DNA of 64,000 bases from an uncultured Syntrophaceae bacterium (GTDB taxonomy: Bacteria; Desulfobacterota; BSN033; UBA1163): assembly GCA_964390545.1 (NCBI GenBank), contig CAYMJV010000003.1:127-64126 (forward strand), given 5' to 3'. This document shows, piece after piece, positions 55,385 through 62,789 of this stretch; the stretch's first letter is position 1; each line of letters opens with the position of its first letter. Made by a program: the position numbers and the translations under genes. The notes beneath the pieces are model-generated. The model was not told the origin of the DNA. It did no database searches and saw only the letters and a list, made by a program, of their open reading frames with translations.

Positions 55385-56908
55385 ATGGGACTTTATGATT
55401 TTACTTTTTATGATGTGATCATTCGTAATGCATTGTCTTTTAAGAATCGAGACGCATGGTTGGAAGTTGATGATAACCGGATGATGACCTTTTCACAGTA
55501 CAAGGAAAACGTGGATCGTCTGGCTGCGGGTCTTCAATACTCAGGGATCGAAAAGGGGGACCGCATTGGCGTTTGGGGGAAGAACAGCCTTGAATATTTT
55601 CTGCTCTACGGTGCTGCGGCAGCCCTAGGTGCTATCATGGCGCCCATCAACTGGAGGCTTTCTGCTAATGAGGTGAGGTTCAATCTCAATGATTGCGAAC
55701 CCAAACTGGTGTTTGTGGACCAAGAATTCCAGGAAACTGCCGAGAGAATAAAGGAGAAGCTTCCGTTTGTGGAGAAATATTTCAGTCTTGGGCTGGAAAA
55801 CGGCAGGTTTTCAAGCTTTGGAACTTTGCTTGATAACCGAGCTGATTTTGAACCAGCCGAGGTATCCACAGATGATGGTTTTGTTATTGTCCATACGGCG
55901 GCCGTGGCGGGCAGGCCCAGGGGGGCTTTGTTGAGCCATGGCAATATCCTGTGCGCGGATATGCATTTTGATTATCTTTGCCATATCACTTCTCAGGATG
56001 TCCATCTGAATCTCCTTCCCCTTTTTCATGCGGGCGGTCTCCTCGGGGCAACATCAAGTTTTCACGCAGGAGCCTTGAATGTCAATATGAGCAAATTCGA
56101 TGCGGCAACAGCCATGATGCTCATACAGGAAAAAAGGGTTTCTTTTATAATTAACTTTTCTCCTATTCTCTCCTTAATATTAGAACAACATGAGAAAACA
56201 GGGATGGATATCCGTTCACTGAAGGCTGTGGTTGGTTTAGAAACTACTGAGACAATTGAGAAGTATCAAAAAATCACTGGAGGCACGTACTATTGCATTT
56301 ATGGTCAGGCTGAAACCTCCTGTGTGGCTACCCTTAGTGCCTATAATGACAAGCCCGGATCGGCAGGGAAGACGCTGCCTCTCGCGGAAGTAAAGCTCGT
56401 GGATGATTATGATCGTCCCGTGCCCATTGGCCAGGTGGGCGAGATTACCGTGAAAGGGCCCATGGTCTTTAAGGGTTATTGGAACCTTCCCGAAGATACT
56501 GAATACACCTTCAGAGATGGATGGCATCATACCGGAGACTTGGGCCATTTTGATGATGAAGGCTTCCTTTGGTATTCCGGACGCAAAGCAGAAAAAGAGC
56601 TGATTAAGCCCGGAGGAGAAAATGTGTATCCCGCCGAGGTGGAAAAAGTGATTCTCCAGCATCCTGCGGTGGAAAGAACGGTGGTTTTTGGAGTAGCAGA
56701 TCCCAAGTGGAAGGAAGCGATCAAGGCTGTTTGTCAATTGAAAGAGGGACAGAACCTTGATCCGGAAGAATTGATCGATTTTGTTGGCGAACGGATAGCG
56801 CGGTACAAGAGACCGCGATATGTAAGATTTGTAACCGATTTCCCTGTTCTTGAGGATGGTTCACCTGACAGGAGCAAGATTAAGGAATTGTACGGAGGAG
56901 ACGCCTAA
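55385..56908 (+). CDS. AMP-dependent acyl-CoA ligase (medium-chain/aromatic-acid size class)
   Basis: 507 aa. YGQAETS, WHHTGDLGHFDDEGFLWYSGRKAEKELIKPGGENVYPAEVE, and IARYKRPRYV. Confidence 0.9.
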   Translation: MGLYDFTFYDVIIRNALSFKNRDAWLEVDDNRMMTFSQYKENVDRLAAGLQYSGIEKGDRIGVWGKNSLEYFLLYGAAAALGAIMAPINWRLSANEVRFNLNDCEPKLVFVDQEFQETAERIKEKLPFVEKYFSLGLENGRFSSFGTLLDNRADFEPAEVSTDDGFVIVHTAAVAGRPRGALLSHGNILCADMHFDYLCHITSQDVHLNLLPLFHAGGLLGATSSFHAGALNVNMSKFDAATAMMLIQEKRVSFIINFSPILSLILEQHEKTGMDIRSLKAVVGLETTETIEKYQKITGGTYYCIYGQAETSCVATLSAYNDKPGSAGKTLPLAEVKLVDDYDRPVPIGQVGEITVKGPMVFKGYWNLPEDTEYTFRDGWHHTGDLGHFDDEGFLWYSGRKAEKELIKPGGENVYPAEVEKVILQHPAVERTVVFGVADPKWKEAIKAVCQLKEGQNLDPEELIDFVGERIARYKRPRYVRFVTDFPVLEDGSPDRSKIKELYGGDA

Positions 56909-57159
56909 AGCATCTTAAGACCCAAATGATGTCGTCCCGGAGCACGTATCTGTAAAAAATAAGGAGAGGAAAAGGGGAAGGATCTCCAAGTCCTAAATTT
57001 CCAAGAGGTCGGTGATATTCGAACTTTATAATTCACGCAAGTCTAGCATTGCTGAGAAAAGAGGACAAGACAGGGTGGATTTTCGCTGTCGATCCCGCGA
57101 CCCCTTTTAGTAGGGGGCGCCATCCTTTATTAGAATATTCGCTTATACCCTACGTAAGA

Positions 57160-58431
57160 ATGAAAATTGTCACAGCAGAAGAGGCTGTCGCTTTGATTCC
57201 CCCGGACGGGGTGATAGGTCTGGGGAACGCATGCGGTGAGCCCCAGACCCTTATTGAAGCGCTGATAGAAGCTTGCACCCGTTTCAAAGGTGCCCAGCTT
57301 ATAGGGATGATTCAGTTCAGTTCTCAGCGCATTTGGAAAACGGATCGAGGGACGCATTTCACATGGAAGACATTTATGATGGATCCTTTCTTAGTCGAAG
57401 CTGCGAGGGAGGGGAAGGCTGATTATATCCCATGTCGCTATTCCGAGATCCCTCTTCTATTTAGTGAAAAGATACTTCCCTTGGATGTGGCCTTAGTTTC
57501 GGTCTCCCCCCCTGGCCCGGATGGAAGCATGAGCCTCGGAGTTTCTGTAGACCACACTTTTGCTATGGCCAAGGCTGCGAAGATGGTCATCGGTGAAATT
57601 AATCAACAGATGCCATGGGTAGAAGGGGAGACTTTTTTGTATCCATCCCAAATCCACTACGCGATTCAAACGGATCGATCCCTTCCTCAAGTCAATACCG
57701 AGCCACTCACTGAAGCAGACCGCAAGATTGGCAACTACATTGCTAGCTTGATTCCCGACGGAGCTACTATCCAGTTTGGGATCGGCAAGATATCCCACTC
57801 CTTCTTAGCATCGCTGAGAGGGAAGAAACATTTGGGGATCCACTCGGGACTTCTGGTCGATGAAATCGTTGACCTAGTTGAGTCAGGGGCCATTGATAAT
57901 TCACTAAAGGTTCTCCACCGCGGGAAAATTATTGGTACCACAATGATCGGTACGGATCGACTTTACCGATTTGTCGAGCGAAATCCCGACGTGGAGTCCT
58001 ATCCGAGTTCTTACACCCACAATGCTGCGATCCTGGCTCAACTGAATCATTTTTATTCCATCAACGGAGCCCTGCAGGTGGACCTCTCCGGACAGGTCAA
58101 TGCTGAGACCGTGAGCGGAGTCCAAGTTAGTGGGATTGGTGGCCAATCAGATTTTGTGCAAGGGGCTCGCCTCTCCAGAGGAGGGAGATCGATTATCGCT
58201 TTATTGTCCACCACCCCGGAAGAAAAAACTTCCCGGATCGTAGCTCATCTCGAACGGGATGCGGCTGTGAGTTCCCTGCGACACGATGTCGATTATGTGG
58301 TAACAGAGTATGGAATAGCTTCTCTTCAGGGTAAAAGCCTGGGAGAGCGTGCTCGGGCCTTGGTAGAAATTTCCCATCCTTCTTTCAGAGAGACCCTCGA
58401 GGCTGAGTCTTTGAAAATCTTCTCTAAATAG
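57160..58431 (+). CDS. acetyl-CoA hydrolase/transferase family protein (4-hydroxybutyrate CoA-transferase-like, family I)
   Basis: 423 aa from ATG 57160 (MKIVTAEEAVALIPPDGVIGLG). GIGGQSDFVQGA motif. The track ORF start at 57049 adds a non-homologous extension. Confidence 0.85.
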   Translation: MKIVTAEEAVALIPPDGVIGLGNACGEPQTLIEALIEACTRFKGAQLIGMIQFSSQRIWKTDRGTHFTWKTFMMDPFLVEAAREGKADYIPCRYSEIPLLFSEKILPLDVALVSVSPPGPDGSMSLGVSVDHTFAMAKAAKMVIGEINQQMPWVEGETFLYPSQIHYAIQTDRSLPQVNTEPLTEADRKIGNYIASLIPDGATIQFGIGKISHSFLASLRGKKHLGIHSGLLVDEIVDLVESGAIDNSLKVLHRGKIIGTTMIGTDRLYRFVERNPDVESYPSSYTHNAAILAQLNHFYSINGALQVDLSGQVNAETVSGVQVSGIGGQSDFVQGARLSRGGRSIIALLSTTPEEKTSRIVAHLERDAAVSSLRHDVDYVVTEYGIASLQGKSLGERARALVEISHPSFRETLEAESLKIFSK

Positions 58432-58469
58432 AAAACTAAATCTCTGATGTGCAATGGAAGGAGCTTTGA

Positions 58470-58568
58470 ATGACAAGTGTTTTATATGAGAAGAAAGGCA
58501 AGATTGATTATATCACACTGAACAGAGAGAAAAGGATATTACAATGGGGAGAAGGCTATGAATTTTGA
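58470..58568 (+). pseudogene. N-terminal remnant of an enoyl-CoA hydratase gene
   Basis: 32-codon ORF with a GGAAGGAG RBS. MTSVLYEKKGKIDYITLNREKR reads as a crotonase N-terminus (..ITLNRPEKRNA..), then diverges and stops inside the next gene. Confidence 0.55.
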
Positions 58569-59739
58569 TCTGACAGAAGAACAAAGGGTCATGGTTCAGA
58601 TAGTCAAAGATTTTCTCACAAAAGAAATTGCTCCCAATCTAAAAAGAGAAGAGTTTGATCGAGAACTGGTAAGGAAAATGGGATCTCTAGGCTTTTTTGG
58701 CTGTGCATTTCCTATCGGTATGGGAGGATCGGATATGGGTTTCCTAGCCCATTCCATCGTCTGTGAGCAGGTCTCTACATACGATTCGGGATTGCGCAGC
58801 CTTTTCAACCTTCAAGCTCTTACCGTACCTTACACTATAATGGAATGGGGCAACGATATAGGGCGAAAGAAGTATGTCAAGCCTTTAGTATTGGGCGAAA
58901 AGCTAGGTTGCACCTGTTTCTCAGAGCCTAATGCCGGGTCAGACATTGCAGCTATCGAGACTGAAGTTGTAGATAAGGGAGATTATTACCTGATCAACGG
59001 AACCAAAACATGGATCTCTAATGGAACAGTTGCTGATTACGCTGTAGTCTATTGCACTTTCAACAGATCTCTCAAGCATAAAGGCCTCTGTGCCATCGTT
59101 GTTGAGACGGATCAGCGTGGCTGGCAAGCCAAGGATATTCCCAAGCTGGGAGATAAATCCTCACCTATTGCAGAAGTTTTTCTTGAGGACGTCGTGGCGC
59201 CAAAAGAGAACCTCTTAGGTGAGTGGGGGGGTGGTTTTAAGGTGGCCATGACTGCTTTGGACAGAGGCCGGATCAGTGTAAGTAGCGGAGCTTTAGGAAT
59301 TTGTCAGGCCTGCCTGAATGCCTCATTGAAGTACGCGAGAGAACGTGTACAGTTTGGACGCCGCATTCAGGATTATCAGATGGTCAAACATATCATTGCA
59401 GATATGGTTACATATACGGAGGCAGCTCGTTTATTGGTCCGGTGGGCGGCTTGGTTGAACGATCAGGCGCGGCCCTTTACTCGAGAGATCGCTGTTGCTA
59501 AGTATTTTGCTGGAGAGGCCGCCGTACGTACTGCAGGGTGGGCCATGGAGATCCATGGGGGTATGGGGTATTCTTTAGATCTTCCTGTTGAAAAATATTA
59601 CCGCGACTCAAAGCTCTACCAAATCGGTGAGGGGACAGCCAATATCATGCGTCTGCTCATCGCTGACGATGCCTTAGGAATTAAGAAGGCCAATCGCCCT
59701 CGGCTAAAGATCCCTAGTGATTTCAGAGATTTGAGTTAA
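58558..59739 (+). CDS. acyl-CoA dehydrogenase
   Basis: 393 aa. CFSEPNAGSD and YRDSKLYQIGEGTANIMRLLIA. Confidence 0.9.
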   Translation: MNFDLTEEQRVMVQIVKDFLTKEIAPNLKREEFDRELVRKMGSLGFFGCAFPIGMGGSDMGFLAHSIVCEQVSTYDSGLRSLFNLQALTVPYTIMEWGNDIGRKKYVKPLVLGEKLGCTCFSEPNAGSDIAAIETEVVDKGDYYLINGTKTWISNGTVADYAVVYCTFNRSLKHKGLCAIVVETDQRGWQAKDIPKLGDKSSPIAEVFLEDVVAPKENLLGEWGGGFKVAMTALDRGRISVSSGALGICQACLNASLKYARERVQFGRRIQDYQMVKHIIADMVTYTEAARLLVRWAAWLNDQARPFTREIAVAKYFAGEAAVRTAGWAMEIHGGMGYSLDLPVEKYYRDSKLYQIGEGTANIMRLLIADDALGIKKANRPRLKIPSDFRDLS

Positions 59740-59978
59740 TGTCTCTGGTCTACAGAATTCAAAGGAAAAGTGTGGGAAAAGGGGTCAGTCCGTGAATTTA
59801 GGAATTTGTCATCAACTGGTGTCTTCCATAAAAAAGTTGGCCGGCTCCAATTTCAGATTTCACGTTTTAGATTTCAGATTGAATAAGATTCGGCGGCTGG
59901 TCTTCGCTATTGACAACATTAAAGACAGCAGTGGGCATAGTATAGCCTACAGAACGCGTTCAAAGCAGAAAAACCTTT

Positions 59979-61058
59979 ATGCAAAAAAATGAGACTGGGA
60001 ACCAAGACAGATTCGGTTGGCTGTGCTCCTATACACCCATAGAGATCTTAATAGCCGCAGGCTTGGTGCCCACTCGTTTAAATGCAGGTGACCTGTTCCT
60101 GCACAGGCCCAATCCCAACCTCTATCAACTCATCTGTCCTTATGTCAGGGCGGTATTTGAGAAGGCTCAAGAAGACCGCTTTGACCGTCTTGAGGGCGTC
60201 GTCTTTGTTAAGTGCTGCGACGCTATGTTGCGGCTTTATGATCTTTGGAAGGCTCATCTGCCAAATCAAAGGACCTATATCCTCTCCCTCCCTAAGATAC
60301 AGTCTTTCGAAGCCACAAGGTATTTTGCTAACGTATTGAGGCGTTTTTCCGAGGTTCTCGGGACAGAGCGTGGAACACTGGTTACCGACCAAGCCTTAGG
60401 CGACGCAATTCTTGAACAGAACCAACTGCGGATGGCGCTCAGGAAACTTTACCGAATGCGTCTTGACAATCCTTTAATCTTGCCCTATTCAAAACTCTGT
60501 TTTCTTACACGCGATTGGCTTTCTGTAGCCCCGGCTCAAGCTTTGCCGGGCGTTGAAAAGGAGCTAAAAGGATTCGAGGAGATACCTTCTGAGAAGTCAT
60601 CACCTCTCCCCAAAGTCGTGATCTCCAGCTCGACCTTGGATCAGATCGAAATAGTAGAAATCATCGAAAGGGCAGGCATGACGGTCATTGCAGATGATCA
60701 CTGCTGCGGATTGCGCCATTTTGATGACCTGGTTTCCGAAGACGGAGACCCCTACTTGAATCTGGCGCAGCGATATTTGAATCGCTGGCCGTGCCCGCGT
60801 ATGCAGGCCAATCCTTCTCACCTCCAAAGGCTGATCCAAAAGATCGATGAGGTGGGTGCGAACGGTGTCATCTATGTGGGACTGAAGTACTGTGACCAGT
60901 CAGGTTTTGAGCTCCCCCGTCTGCAGACCCAGTTGAAAGAGCTCCACGTTCCTTTCCTATATATCGAGCATGACTATACTGCCACAGGTTTGGCCCAGAT
61001 GAAGGTCCGAATTGAAGCTTTCGCTGAGATGCTATCGAATGAGTTCGAGGAGCTTTAA
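59979..61058 (+). CDS. BcrC/BadD/HgdB-family subunit, pair 2
   Basis: 359 aa. GWLCSYTPIEILIAAGLVP and VGLKYCDQSGFE. Confidence 0.8.
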   Translation: MQKNETGNQDRFGWLCSYTPIEILIAAGLVPTRLNAGDLFLHRPNPNLYQLICPYVRAVFEKAQEDRFDRLEGVVFVKCCDAMLRLYDLWKAHLPNQRTYILSLPKIQSFEATRYFANVLRRFSEVLGTERGTLVTDQALGDAILEQNQLRMALRKLYRMRLDNPLILPYSKLCFLTRDWLSVAPAQALPGVEKELKGFEEIPSEKSSPLPKVVISSSTLDQIEIVEIIERAGMTVIADDHCCGLRHFDDLVSEDGDPYLNLAQRYLNRWPCPRMQANPSHLQRLIQKIDEVGANGVIYVGLKYCDQSGFELPRLQTQLKELHVPFLYIEHDYTATGLAQMKVRIEAFAEMLSNEFEEL

Positions 61059-61059
61059 T

Positions 61060-62280
61060 ATGCGGAGCATTTACGAGGGTTACCTAAAATATGCTGACCA
61101 GAAGTTGTCATGTGGCCCTAACGCCAGGGCTATGTTATACAAGGCGATCGCTGGTTTGGGATTATCTGCTTTTGAGGCAGAAGCAAGAGTCGTTTGGACG
61201 ACAGGTTACTCTATTCCGATGGTTCTATATCAACCATTCGATTTGGTTCCTTTTGATTTCGAGTACGCGGCTGTGGATCTGGTTGCAAGTGGCAGGGCAG
61301 CTCAATCCCTTGCCGCTTCCAACCGATTAGGATATCCGGTAGATACCTGCTCGGCTCATAGGGTCGCCCTGGGTGCGCAAGCACTGGGGCTCTTTCCGCC
61401 CCCGGATTTGCTCATTAGCACAACTCACTTTTGTGACGGTAAGCCAAAATGTAACGAGATCTTCAAGGAAGAATATCATGTCCCATTTTATCTTGTAGAT
61501 GTACCTTTAGAGAAGGACGAACGGGCTCTCGACTATGTGGAAAGCCAGCTTAGACATGTCTTCTCCGCCCTTTGCAGACTTACCGGGAGAGAAGAGAATG
61601 AGTCGGTTCTCGTTGAACCTATTCGAAACTACAATCGGGTATTATCCCTCATGATGGAGATCAATAGGCTCAGATGCCAAAAACCCGCACCCTATTTACC
61701 CGCCAATCGGGGCCTCACGATGAGTATGGTAGGGAGCAGGCTTTTGGGTCGACCAGAGTTGATCTCGATTTACGAAGAGTTTTTGAGAGAGCTGAGGAGA
61801 GCTCCCAGAGAAGACGGCCCTGACGGCGGAGAGCGGGTCCGTTTACTGTGGTTGTTGGCAAGTCCTGTTTACCCAACCAACATTTTCGACACATTAAGCG
61901 AATTTGGTGCGCGGATTGTGGCAGAGGAATTCACGTTTGAACTAATGCACCCCTTGTCCGAAGAAAAACCGCTACGATCGATTGCTGAATGGATCTTAGA
62001 CAGCCGTTTTATAAGGCCTGTTGAGGAAAGGATAAATAATATTCTCAAGTGGGTTGACGATTATCAGGTGGATGGTGTCGTTTCTTTTACTCACTTACCT
62101 TGCCGACAGGGTAATGGAGCACTCAGTCTTATAAAGCAAGCGTTGAACGAAAAGGGTGTTGTTCTCATGAACCTTGAGGGCGATATCTGTGACCCAACCA
62201 TGTTTTCCCCGACCAGAATGAGAAGAGAAATTGAGAATTATGTACAGATTTTGTTGGATAGGGGAAGGATGGTGCACTAA
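61060..62280 (+). CDS. BcrB/BadE/HgdA-family subunit, pair 2
   Basis: 406 aa from ATG 61060, 1 nt after the preceding stop. DTCSAHRVALG, and C-terminal THLPCRQGNGAL..NLEGDICDP. Confidence 0.75.
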   Translation: MRSIYEGYLKYADQKLSCGPNARAMLYKAIAGLGLSAFEAEARVVWTTGYSIPMVLYQPFDLVPFDFEYAAVDLVASGRAAQSLAASNRLGYPVDTCSAHRVALGAQALGLFPPPDLLISTTHFCDGKPKCNEIFKEEYHVPFYLVDVPLEKDERALDYVESQLRHVFSALCRLTGREENESVLVEPIRNYNRVLSLMMEINRLRCQKPAPYLPANRGLTMSMVGSRLLGRPELISIYEEFLRELRRAPREDGPDGGERVRLLWLLASPVYPTNIFDTLSEFGARIVAEEFTFELMHPLSEEKPLRSIAEWILDSRFIRPVEERINNILKWVDDYQVDGVVSFTHLPCRQGNGALSLIKQALNEKGVVLMNLEGDICDPTMFSPTRMRREIENYVQILLDRGRMVH

Positions 62281-62465
62281 AGGAATCACCGCCCCTGAAG
62301 GAAACAGGCCAAAAGCCATTATGAATGACCTAACACCCGCATATGATTTCTCTCTCTCTTATTCTCCACACTAGAAGTCCGAATCTTTTTCGTCCGAAAA
62401 TCAAGGAAAGACCTTTAACCTTCGGTCTGTGACGGCACATTGGGAATCAAATTCTTTCGATTTTC

Positions 62466-62789
62466 TTGGGGGTCATAGTGACCTTCGGAGATTTTCCTAA
62501 AAAATGGGGAATCTATCTGGTGTCGATGAAGTGTCTACTGGAGCGATCTCCAGTTATGAGATGCTGCGAGATGTTGGGAGGAATGCAACGAGTTTTTGAG
62601 ATAGTATTAGATTATGCTCAAAAGAGACATCAGTTTGGTCGGCCTCTTTCCGCTTTTCAGGCAATTCAACATTATTGCGCAGACATGGCCATTAAATTGG
62701 AATGTTCCAGGTTAACTCATCAGGCCGCCTGGAGAGTTAGGTTTAACAGAGGGCAAGTTGTTTTCTTACATCGAGAAAAGGATTATTGG
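62466..62789 (+). pseudogene. internal fragment of an acyl-CoA dehydrogenase gene
   Basis: ..CCEMLGGMQRVFEIVLDYAQKRHQFGRPLSAFQAIQHYCADMAIKLECSRLTHQAAWRV.. matches only the ACAD C-terminal helical domain. The N-terminal and middle domains and the catalytic-Glu end are missing. The frame runs into the converging amidohydrolase gene. Confidence 0.7.

Noticed and set aside
59792-59992. 66-aa ORF in the gap before the second BcrC-like gene.
   Set aside because: It has a basic, low-complexity composition, no RBS and no family resemblance. It overlaps the start of the next gene.
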